From contig JAYWIR010000043.1 of assembly GCA_036172245.1 (NCBI GenBank), forward strand, positions 1,488,001 through 1,552,000: 64,000 nt of DNA, in the 5' to 3' direction. Positions 11,800 through 22,900 of the stretch are shown one piece after another. The translations under genes were made by a program, and so were the position numbers. Within the stretch, counting starts at the first letter, position 1, and each line of letters begins with the position of its first letter. A model generated the notes under the pieces. That model was not told the origin of the DNA and ran no database searches. It saw nothing but the letters and a program-made list of their open reading frames with translations. The DNA comes from Raillietiella orientalis (Eukaryota).

Positions 11800-12500
11800 A
11801 TGAAAGTGCGAGCTTGGGGCACGAAGCGGCCCTCACGATCCAGCAATAGCGCATCCTCCAGAAAGGGCGCTTCGCTCGTTCGTAGGAAGATGAAAGTCTC
11901 AGGGTTTGCGGGACGAGCTCTCAGCTGCCCGTTTTACGAATCACTGCTTGTCGCGCTGCATCTTCCCCGCGGAAGCGAGGCCGCGGTGATGTACGGACCT
12001 GCGTACGGGTGCAGGTGGGTGTTTCTGGGGATGCGCACATTTGACCCTCAAAGTACCTTTTCGTTGATTCGGAAACAAATGTGACACGTTCGCAGCACAC
12101 GTTGCCATCATTTCATGCTTTCGGAGGTTGTAGTTTATTCAGGCGACGAGGACTGTCGCGAGGCTGGATGAAACGTCGGTTTCCACGGTAACCGCTTCAG
12201 GAGCATTCGCCTCAAGACGACACATGGAAATGCGCTGGAGCGAAAATTTCTGATTTCCTTTCGAAAGGTGGTTTTCAGGAGTGGCACAGCGCGCGATCCC
12301 ATCCCGAGCGGATTCCAGCGGCATCTGGAAGTGGGAAAAGCAGGAGCGGCACCTGCGCTTACTTTCGAGAAGGTGTGCATATCCTTCGAAGTGCTTTGGG
12401 ATAGCTATCCCATCGTTTTTCCAAACTTTGCATTCAGGAACGTTCTCACGCTACCGGGCTCATGCTACGACGACTGAATCGTACCCCAGGGGGTTTCGAA
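11800..12500 (-). mobile_element. Highly decayed LINE RT relic
   Basis: Weak motifs in the expected order: RCRWNPLG (~RQG.PLS), VETDV (~ADDV), FRINEK (~GL.IN..K). Confidence 0.28.
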
Positions 12501-13299
12501 TCAGCTTTCTTGTGTCTCATAAAGGGTTCCTCGTTCGTCTAAGCTCTGCACATTACTTCATGGGGAGTTGCTATCGGTGATGGTTAACAACTACGTCCTC
12601 TGAGAGACGCTCTATAGTGGATGGTCCGTCGAGTTCCTTCTGGTGTACTTTCAGCCTCTCTGTTTGTCCCGTGGCCACCTTCCTCAGATGCTTCATAGTC
12701 ACTTCACCGAGTCCCCTTGGTGCAGCGCTCATCGAATCCTCGTCCTCCTCGTCTCCATGGCGACGGCAAACCCACTCAGTAGCCGCCGCGGCTAGGAAGT
12801 GAGGAGGAGTGCTGCCTTAGTCTTACAGGGAGCGTCAAGCAAACGGGAATTTATGCGATCCGACCATTCCCTCTCCCGCTGTACATCCATGCATTTATTT
12901 TCCTATTTATGAGCTGCCTCCTTCCACGGTGGATACGAAACCGCCTCCGCGAGCTGGCCGTGCTGAGAGCACGCCCACACTGAACGAACGTACTCCTTGC
13001 CCCTCCTGTACGCTTGTTTGTACTTTTGCGAATACGCGCCCTGGCGCAACCCTCTCTTGCCGGGATGCAGGCTGTTTACTTGTGGAAAACGAAAGACAGT
13101 GAGGTCCAGAGAAGGATGCGGTGAGGAAGTTTCCGCCATTTCCTCAGCCATTTCCTTGCGATCCACTGCAGCTCTACTTCGTGTTCCACACTTCCTTCTT
13201 CAGCCGAAGCATCTGGTGGCTCAGGCTAAAACTCGTCACCCTTCTCCTCCTACATCCACAGCTCCATGTCGCAGAATCGAATGGAAATGACATCATCCC

Positions 13300-13829
13300 G
13301 TTCGAAACATTCTAGCAGAAAATCACTGTCGAGGCTCGTTCAGCAGCGACCTCAGAACTGACACTTCGACCCCAATGCCTTCGGACTTCGATGGGGACGA
13401 TGGGAAGGTTCGCATCTCGGCTAGGAAAGCACGAAGTTTTGGCAGTGGTTGCGAGGTGCGCAGCGTGCGTCTCCAGAACGAAGCTGCACGAGGGTGAAAA
13501 CCCGTGAGCATTTGGCGAGAGTGAGCGTCGTGGCCCAAATCCCAGCATGGAGGGCGGAAGGTGGACGTTTGAAAAGTTCTTTCTAACATCTGAGAGAGAT
13601 CCAACTGAAGGAATTTGCCCACTTCCATTTGCTCCTAACGTTGCAGCTGAACCATCAAGGATCCAGTCTCGATGCAGAGAAACTTTGAACTGGTGAGCTG
13701 CTCACGAAACACCTTCCGGGAACCGCGCTCCGAATGTGTCTCCACCTCTCCCAAGTTCAGCGCACTCCGACTGTGCCACGCTCGTTTCTCAGAAGCGGAC
13801 CAACTTTTGAAACAGATGCCCCTAAGGTT
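13300..13829 (-). mobile_element. Decayed LINE late-RT/post-RT fragment
   Basis: SSKFLCIE (~KYLG), LSQMLER, PSKSEGIGVEV (~P...GGLG). Confidence 0.4.
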
Positions 13830-13894
13830 TTTTTCTTTTCTTCAAAATTTCCAGTAGCGACCCCACGGGGAGATCGTAACCGGTCTAGGATGAT

Positions 13895-14673
13895 TATCGC
13901 CCGGTTATGCCGGAGTATTTATTAGAAAGACACATTGGTGTGGTAGAACACATGGTTCTAGCATGTGCAACGAACCTGCCGACTGTCGGTGCGCAGATAG
14001 GCGAGGTCCGCTTCGGCAGCGTGGGGGAGGGAAAATAGAAAACAAAAGGAAGCACACAAAACAGGGGAGAGGAGGAAGGGGTAGGGGGATCGAGGAAGCG
14101 ATCACGGTACGTTGCCAGGCATCCTCTGCATCCTGTTTAGAATGCTGGCAAGTTCCGTTCGTATCTCGCCCAGGTGGGGCCATCTCGAGGAGGTCCTCAG
14201 GAAGATCCGCGCCCAGTGGATGGCGTCCCTGCCATTTCAGCCTCTCCTTCTGGGCCTCTCGCCGCACCACGATCCCGCGAAGACAGCAGAGGAGTGCGAG
14301 GGACGCGGCTGGCGGCAGTGCGGCACCCACGAAGAGGAGCAAGAGAATGCCCCTGGGGCCGCCCGCCGGGGATCCTAGGGTCGTCGCGAGGCGATCCCAA
14401 AGGGGTCGGAGGGCAGCACACGGTTCTCCAGCAGGTGTGGGAAGGTCGGCTTCTTCCCGCACCTGTCCTCACTGAGCGTCCACGCTCCCCCATGTCCAGT
14501 GGCGAAGGCGAGCTTTGCGCATGATTCCCCCTGCACCACCAGCGACGCCAACTCCTGCCACTTGAGGGTCAGGAGTTGGCGTTCCAGCACGCTGGAGACC
14601 TCTTTCACTTCCTTCGGAGAGATGTCGAGGAGCTCTACCCAGCGTAGAAGATCTTGGGACGGGATACTCGGGA
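13895..14673 (-). mobile_element. 5'-truncated LINE (subfamily B 3' end) inserted in the SINE tail
   Basis: LLTLKWQELASLVVQ, zinc-finger region FPHLLEN..LRPLWDR, AATAAA near 13918. TSD TCT(A/T)GGATGAT at 13884-13894 and 14674-14684. Confidence 0.85.
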
Positions 14674-14955
14674 TCTTGGATGATGGAAATTCTCCTAGCT
14701 CCTTTCTGTTTTCCTTCCATCTGTTTTTTTTCTTCCCGGATTTTCATTTTTTTGGTTCGCTAAGTACTTAAGAACATTTTGCCTAGGGGATCATGAAACT
14801 CTTTAACACTGTCCACGATACCCGAGAGTGAGTGCAATAACTCTTCAAGTTGGGGGTAACCCGGGAGGGATCACCTCATGAGTTCCGGAAGGCTCAGGAG
14901 GAAAAAGTTTGCTCCTCTTACGCTTGGAGGAGATCCCTCACCCTGGTTGTCTCCG

Positions 14956-16330
14956 ATTTCCATCTGGACACTCCAGGGCACATTTATTAAAATTTAAAGG
15001 AAACTCACAAATTGTGGTGGGACATACGTGGTTCTACTACGCTCAGTGAGTCCATGGGCATGCGGCCGGGGCGCCGATACTCAGAACAGCGGGGTCACCT
15101 GAGGGAAATGGGAGAAATAAATAAAAATCTTTGAGAGGGTCGTAAAGTGATCACTGCCCACTGGAGGAAGTCCTCTACATCATTTTCAGGATGCTGTCTA
15201 GGTCGGTCTTGATTGTACCCAGGTGGGGCCACTTGCTGCTGTCCGCAGAAAGCGATTTGCATACTCGAGGGACTCGAGGGACATCACGGGGACTTCTCTC
15301 TCGTATGGTCCTCCTTGTGCGTCGCTCCAGGCTCCCCCGTGATCACGCGGTTGCAGCAGAGAGCTGCTAAGGCTGCAACTGGGGGTAGGGCATCCCGTAG
15401 AGAGAAAGTCTCTGGAGTTGCCAGCCGGGGTTCGTAGGGGCGTCCCAAAACGTTCCCATAGGTGCCGGAGGGCAACATAGTCCACTAACAGGTGCGAGGA
15501 GAATTCCGTTCCTCGCACCTGCCACAGTCTAGGCTCACCCTGACCCAGGTGTCGGCTTAAGTAGCAGCGAAAACCCCAGTGCAGCACCAGAAGTGCCAAC
15601 TCCTGCCACTTCAGGGGGAGAGTACTCGTATCCTTCAGCACTAGGGGTCACTCTAGGTCTTCTGATGAAATGCCGAGCAGCTCGCCTCAGAGCTGTATTC
15701 CTCCTGAAAGGAACTCGGGGTCGCTACATCCTTCAGCTGTCCCACGGTCCAACCACTCATCAATTTCCTCCTGCCTGCAATATCGCATAAGACTTTCCAT
15801 CGCGCCTTTGGCTGCTGCCTAGTATCCTCTTCAGGAAGGGCAGCGTTGCAGCGATGAGGCTCGTCTACGCGCACGTTGCTCCTGTTGGGACACTCCAGGA
15901 CCTTCGAGTGCGAGCAGCGGGCGTGGTTGTCGATTCTCAAGAGAAAGCATGGGTTCTTGATCTTCCACTTTGGAAAATCTCTCATCGGCTGCATCGCTGG
16001 CAGTTCCACCTCTCGATTTCCGTCTCGCTGCTCTTCGCCCACGTTCCAACTGCTTCTTCTAGCCAGGCGCTAGAATTGGCGGGGCAACAAGCCAACCAGC
16101 CGTTCTCCTTCCCCAAGCTGGCTATGCATCCGAAGAGAACACTTCATTTTCTCACCTTTCGGTCTGAGCACGAAAGGTAGGAAGTACGTCTTCCCGTACC
16201 AGATATACGGCTGGCGAGGAGACGTGTCGAAAAGCAACAGAAGATGCTTCATAACTTCGCCGCGATGGCCATCGTTTGCCATCGCAGCTGAATTTCCATC
16301 CGATCCAGAGTCAGGAGTCCGAGGACGATG
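14956..16330 (-). mobile_element. LINE ORF2 3' portion (post-RT to tail), subfamily B
   Basis: YIWYGKTYFLPFVLRPKGE (~FIW.GK....L..P), LPLKWQELALLVLHWGFRC..SHLLVDYVALRHLWERF, AATAAA at 14983-14988. Confidence 0.8.
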
Positions 16331-19234
16331 TCCCGACGCAAAGCGCACAACTCAAACAGTAAACTTCGGGCCGCATGCCGGCGATCTTCTCCTTTACTTC
16401 TTCTTCATCTTGCAGCCGTCTTTATGTAGGCAACTGCCATCCTGGTGACCTCCCTTCGCTGCTAGATGGTTTCGAGAACTAGATGGTTGATGGGTTGTGA
16501 CGATGGCACACATGCAACTGATAGTTGCGACCACCGCGCCTGCCGAGAGGTCTCCCAGGGCGAAGAACCGTCGTAGCAATCTCGGGTGGTATCCTCCTGG
16601 TGTAGGAGTGCTGCCGCCAGACTCTGTCATAGTTCCTGGAAGGCTCCGCAATCCAGAAGTAGGTGTGGGGTCGACTCCGCCGACCCGCACCTCGCGCAGT
16701 TCAGGGATACAACCCCGGCGGAAACTCGGTGCCACCGCTCGTCACACAGGAATCCCCAGTGTAGAAAGAACATCAAGGTGTTTCCAGCTGAGCAGGAGCA
16801 CAGAAGTGTGCAGAGATTGGGGAGGGATCACAAGTTCTCCGGGGCGACACTTAAGAGTCGGCTCCCCCGAAGGAGTCTCGTTGCCACGGCACGAGGAGTG
16901 GCAGCATTCACCAATCTCGAGCGTCTTCCAGCAGCCGAAGAGTTTCGTCCTTCCCGTGATGGTGCAGGGAAACTCCCACCTCGCCGGTTGGCTACGATCG
17001 CTTCTTGCCCTGCGGGCAGACAGCGCTGCGGCGAGGGGTGTTGCAATCTCCTCCTATCAGGAGCGCCCTGCGCACAGCTGCTTCGACCAACCATTGGCGC
17101 TTCAGGTCCTTCAAGGACGTGGTTCTCTTCGCATATCCGCTTTCTTTTTGGACCTCTGGGAGCGTACACGTTGGTTACGACGAGGTCGATCGAGTCGCTC
17201 CACCTGAGAACCAACTGGCTGACCAGAACTTCCTCGTCGAAGCACGCGTCCCGTACGGCTGCGTCGACAGTTGGCTTCACAAGGAACGCGACCCCACAGG
17301 ATTTGAGGGAACCTCAAATGCCGCAGTAGCTGTCCCTCCGAGATTCTTTCGATTTCCTGGGCTTCTTCTGCGGATATCACATGGATCTCCTGCAGGAGCA
17401 CCAGGTTGAAGCTTCTCAGCGTGATGGCTACGTCCCATCTTCTGCCCTCGTCACGCAGCCTGTTGACATTCCAGCAGGTCACGCGGATTCTGCGGCAGGA
17501 GGAGAGTCCATTCTTAATTTCTGGGAAGCTGGAATCGTATTTCCCGCCTCCTGCTCGGGCGGGACGCGAGCGGGGAGATTGTGAAGCTGAGGCGCTAGAG
17601 CGCGCTCATCCTCGCGGATTCCCTGCTACACGTCAGAGCGTGGGACTTTGTCACCACAGGCTTCCCGCGTTCCAATGTTGGCGGTTTCCCCTTAGGGTTC
17701 CATCCCTTCCTCCACGCGAGGGGGAATGTACCGCCACGGCGGGCATTGGACTTGCGTCCTGACTTCCGGTAGTATGCCTCGACGGAGGATGCGCTTCCGG
17801 TCTCGGGGTCGGAGTCTGAGATCTCCGCTCCTTTAGGGACCGCGTGCCACCTCAAGACCTTTTTCGCGACCTTAGCTGGTTGCCTCAGCATGGCTGCCGG
17901 CAACTCGGCCGCTTGCACGGAGGCGGCGTCCCTGCTGTCAGCACTGCTCACCCAATGCTTGCAGGGAGCATTCGCGTTGGAAGGTTCCGGCGGCGAGAGC
18001 GGTTTTCCCTGTGGTGGTGGCTTCCATTGCCGGGACGCGCTCGATGACCACCCAGCATTTTCTGATTTTTTCGCACCGCGGGCGTTCTTGTTTTTTCGCG
18101 GGTGGCGGAGTTGACCGTGTTTTCTTGCTTTTTTCCCTTTTTGGATTCTACGAGCTGTTAGCCCTCTTCTGTGTCAGCCGCTCCGGAATTTGTGTTTCCT
18201 ACTTGTGCTGCTCGTGTTGTGTGACTTTGGCTGCTGATGACGCCCGTCCCTCTTTTGCGCTTTCATTTCCGGTTTGTCCCTGCGCTCTCGTTTCCTGATT
18301 TCTGAGCCATTGGGAACCTGGGGGGCACTCTCCGGGCACACATGCCCAATGTGTTCCTTGTTTCCGCAAAGGAGGCACCGGATGTTCGAGCACGGGACAT
18401 TTAAAAAGTATGTCCTTAGACATGGATGTCTTTATTTGCAGTTTTTTAGATGTTCCGTCACATCACATTGACTACAGTACTTGGGCCCACCCATGTACCT
18501 AAGATGGACCAGCTCATTACCGATCTTCAGCTTGTCGGGGAGCCCGCTGTCTCGCGCGCTGTGGCCAGTCTGCTAAAAGGCTCCCCAAAGTTCTCGAAGG
18601 GGTTAGCCATGGCCCACACCACGTGCACGGTGCCATATTTTTCGAGCTCCACGTACATCGCGTTCTTAGGCATGCGGAGCGTGTTGCCCGTGAGATGGAC
18701 CACTACGGAGCGGTCCTCCGCCACGGGGAAGATCATGTGGCCTTTCACCGTAACTGAGGTTCTCAGCAAACTCTAGGCCAACTCTGAATTTTTGCGGTTC
18801 AACGTTCTGATCCCCGCTTCGTATGGAAAGTCTTTCCAGGTCTTCCTCCTGGACACCTAAATTGCACAGCTCCCCCGCGAAGGAGCGTGCAGTACTCTCT
18901 ACAAATAGGCCACCTGCCTTGTAGGTCAGGGAAAGCTCGTAGCCCTGTGCCCGGTGAGCATTTGTTTCGGCCATGGCTGCCACTGATGGTGCTGCAGCCA
19001 CGGCGCTCCATTTCCTCGCTCCCAGCAAGGATGGTTCCGTGGGGGACGGCACCCCACTTCCATTGTTCTGCGAGAGGAATTGACCTCCTCTACTCCAACC
19101 GTCCATCGTCGTGTCCTCAGGCATCGCTGCCATGTGAGCACCGGAGATGCCTGCTGCACAAGCACCAAGGAGAAAAAACGTCCCTAACTTTAGTCTAGAC
19201 AAAGTACCAAAAAAACACGTCCGCACTGTATGTA
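16331..19234 (-). mobile_element. Internally deleted L1/Tx1-like LINE: 5' UTR, ORF1, partial endonuclease, no RT, C-terminal finger (subfamily A)
   Basis: ORF1 VHLTGNTLRMPKNAMYVELEKYG and knuckle CLLCGNKEHIGHVC (~18337-18378). EN motifs TCWNVNRL, VLLQEIH, NVYAP, LLIGGDCN (17482-17040). The sequence then jumps directly to VNAATPR..LHWGFLC..NCARCGSAESTPHLLLDC (~16640-16720). Confidence 0.85.
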
Positions 19235-21989
19235 TGGCTGTCTCCGGGAGGATCCCCGGAGGGGATCAGTCCTCATTTCCCCTCCGGAGGGAACCCGGAG
19301 AGGATCTGCTCCTGAATTTCTTCTCCGGAGGACAACTGCAAGGGAACCTCTCCTGGCTTCCCCCTCTGAAGACAACCCCCAAGGGGCGCTTCCAAATTTT
19401 CTCAGAAGGGCTCTGCCCGAAGGGTGCAGTGCGCTTGTATTCTGGAGAGGCAACCTCCCGAGGAGAGTATGACCCAACTCCATAGTACGGCTCCATTTTC
19501 ACAGTTGGAGGAGGAACCGCGAAGGGAACCGGCTCCTCGATTCCTGAAAGGATCCCGGAGGGCTACTTTTCAATCGCAGCCACTCGTCGGGATCATCTTC
19601 CAATCCCGGCCGGTCTGCAAAGGCATCCTCGTATTTCCGGCTTCTGTCAGTGCCGCACCGTAAGCCATCTAGAGTCATCCTGCGAGGAGAATTCGAAACC
19701 CACGACTCAGATATTCCTCGACACGGGTCGTTCCCGGGAGGATTGGCACCCGGAAACGCTTGACGCCGCGCGCGAAGACCGCAGCCACACGGCCTCCAGC
19801 GCTGGTACTCTGGAGAGGATTATTTAACTGAGAACCTCTCTTCGAAGGTTCTCAGTTGAAGAATTTAGAGTGGGCATACCAATTCCCCATTTATGAAACA
19901 ACGCCTTCACGTCCCTGTATGCTTGGTATCCTGAAATGAAAAATTCTGTTAGTAAGAATAACTTTCGTCAGACATCCACTGCTTGATGGGATGGAACTTG
20001 TCTTGCTCGAAAAGTTTCCTTCAGAACTTTGGAAAAAAACAATTTGTTGCGATTGCTCGATTCCCAACTGTTTAGCAGAATTCGTGCTCACGCGGCCAAG
20101 AGCTGAAGTAAAAAGGGACTGGAAGAAAGGCTCTTCATCAACATGGTGTCTCTGTTTCACTGATGGTTCCCCACTCACCCCCGAGATAATGGCCGCCGAT
20201 ACTGGACAGATGAGAAGTGCTCCAAGGAGCTCTCAAGATATACACCATAGATTCGTTAGGAATCGACATCTGATCAGATTCTTGACCTCAAGAGGACATA
20301 CAACACCATCCAGATATGAAGTGTTTGCTGGGAATCCTAAAATTTTTCTCTTTCACTACTCAACAGCGCTTTCGACTGCCCGAAGTGATCAGGCTGACAG
20401 CCGCCGTTGCACGAGAAGATTCTATCATTTCAAACGTGTCTTGAGGACTCTTCAACGCTTTACATGCTAACAGCCTTCGGGCACATTGGTTGCTAAATCG
20501 ATCAGGACCTTGTCCGCTTAGTTTTGCAGACCTGGAAGTGGCAGACGTTTGCGTTCCTTGAATGCCTGTTCAAGAACACGAATTTTCCAGAACATCTTAA
20601 GGAGAAATAAAAGGGAATCATCACTGGTTTCTCTGGAAGAAAACACATGAGATACGGAGATTTTCGAGATGACCACGCGAGCCCGAGTAATTTCTATCAA
20701 CAGACGAAGAGTCTCTGAAGCGGCCACTCCAGCACCTTTGTTTCGAAGAAATAAACAAACCAGTCAGTTTTCAAAACGAAACTAAAGAAAACCAGAGAAG
20801 TTCAAGGGGAGGGTTCACCGGCACGCAGATCGGTTGCTGGGGCAGTCCAGAGCGCTAGGAAAGGGGACGGTAAATAAATGAAGGAAGTGTGGAAACAGAG
20901 GTCTTTGGCTCCTTTCCGCTCAGAAACACATCAGCATGCTGGCGAACATACACTTGGCTTCTCCATATGGACGAAGGCACACCTATCTAGGCGTCTTTCA
21001 TGCTGAGAAGGTTACCTCCGTTCGCTGTGCCCGAGGTACCAACACATGGCGGGCTGTGAGGATGGCGCGCATGCAACGTGTCCTTGCAATCACGGCGCCT
21101 GACGGAAGTCCGATGCGCGCCAAGAATCTCCGCAGCATGACGGTGTCCTCCGAGTGGCTCCGGGGGCGCCGAAGGGGAGTATCCGGGAACGAGTCGACCA
21201 CCTCAAAATGCTCGGGGGCGCAGTTCTCCCGGAAACCAGGCTGCCACGTTCGAAACGCCAGTGCTGAAACACAGTCCACCTCCAGCGTGAGGGGAACACC
21301 GAAGTGTCCGCTCCCAGAAGAGGGACTGCAACTTCTTCGGGGGACACACTCGGAAGCTCGTTCCACCGAAGCAGCCCGTGCACCCGCGTTTTTCATTTCT
21401 TTTATTTAGAAAGTACGGCTGGAAGTCTGGCGCAAAATCGACTAATGGAGTCTTCCAGGGACAGAGCGCCAAGTCGGAAAGAGGGTCTCATCCCTTACGC
21501 GTGGAGGACACGGATGGATCCACTCGGAGAAACGCGCAGCAGAATACGAGGGAAACGCATGCAGGAATGGAACGGCGTGGGAACGCAGAGAACGTGCCGT
21601 GCCCACGTCCTGGCTGCGGGACTTCCTTTTCAAAGGAGGAGTTTTCGAAAGCATCGAAGTCCCTTTTGTGAGCAAGCGGATCGCAAGGCAGGATGTCTGT
21701 TGAACAACTGTCGGTTCGGCCTGCACGGCTCTTTTTATCGCTTTCCTCGTATCGTGGAGCCCATGGAGCGGCAGCGTGGAAGAAAGGCTGCGCACTTCCT
21801 TTGGTGGGAAAATGGGACCGTGACAAAGGGATGAAGGAGGCAGGACAGATCTCTGTCGATGGAACTGACTCTCTTGGTTGATCCGGGAAATGGCTTGAAG
21901 TGCTCCGCGAACCAAGTTTCGAATGGAAAATGCAGTATGCGCGGGTGAAAAGAATCTCGAGTTCTTTTTCCTGCTCTTCCTTCATCCAC

Positions 21990-22900
21990 GAAAATGGTCG
22001 GAGAGCTTGTGAGGCAGCAGCATCCGACGAAGGGATGGCCGTCTTCCTTTCACCGTCGTCTTGAGGCGCTGCGGACGGAAGCGCACGTGGAGTCCGCTCC
22101 TCGCCGCAAAGCGGCAGCACAGGCCGACTCGAAGTCACGAAATATGTTGGAAAAGACTCGCGCACCCGACCGCATTTCGTTCTCCCTCATCTCCGTCGTC
22201 TGGAGACGAGGATGATGCTGAGAATTCAAGAGGGAAAGACATTGCGAAACTCGTTCCAAAAGCGTCCCGGAAGCCAGCTGCCGACCCGGACTGCACCGGA
22301 AACCGCAGTGCAGAAACTGCCTCAGTACATTCTGTTTCCACTTCAAGGGAAACATCGAGGCGTCCAGAAACGAAGGGACCGCACGTTCTTCGGAGGGCAC
22401 ACTCAAACACCGAGGCAGTGCCCTCTCCTGGAAACGAGGAGTGGCGGCATTCACCTGCTCTCTCTTCTTCCGGGAGCAGACTTTCTGACTCCTCGAATGG
22501 TGCAGAACTCCCACCCTGCCTGTGGGCTGCTGTCGTTGTTTGAGCTTAGGGCAGATAGGGCCGCGGGAAGGGGTGTGATTTTTTTCCGGAACCACCGCAT
22601 GCAGTCCTGCGGGACATCTCGGAGCGGAGGAGAGTTTGCAAGGGCGACGAAGTGTTATTTCTGGGCTGACGTCCGTGGCGGTGGCGGCCCAGCACTCCAC
22701 CGTCTCCTCCTTACGCTCGAATTCATGGCGTGGCAGGGGGTCGAAGGGTGGACTTTCAAAAGTCGGGTGCCAGTTGCCTCAACGGGAAGCCGAATATCCT
22801 CATCCCGTGTCAGCTGGGCGGCAGCAAGCAAAGTGGTGCTTCTCTGCCGGCGCGACTCCAAAGCATGAAGCGTGCAGAGGTCCACCTAAGCAAGGTCCAC
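21990..22900 (-). mobile_element. Decayed LINE ORF2 3' fragment
   Basis: VNAATPRFQE..MFPLKWKQ..FLHCGFRC; DNA similarity to 16800-17036. Confidence 0.7.

Larger units (their letters stand above)
13830..19802 (-). mobile_element. SINE copy 2, split into three pieces (19235-19802, 14674-14955, 13830-13894) by two LINE insertions
   Basis: Head GCGCTGGAGGCCGTGTGG starts at 19802 on the minus strand. The three pieces join colinearly to match the uninterrupted copies at 29, 51 and 58 kb. TSDs flank both interruptions. Confidence 0.8.

Noticed and set aside
16497..17329. 236-aa and 247-aa plus-strand ORFs
   Set aside because: They are antisense to the LINE endonuclease/finger region, Arg/Ser/Pro-rich, and have no motifs.
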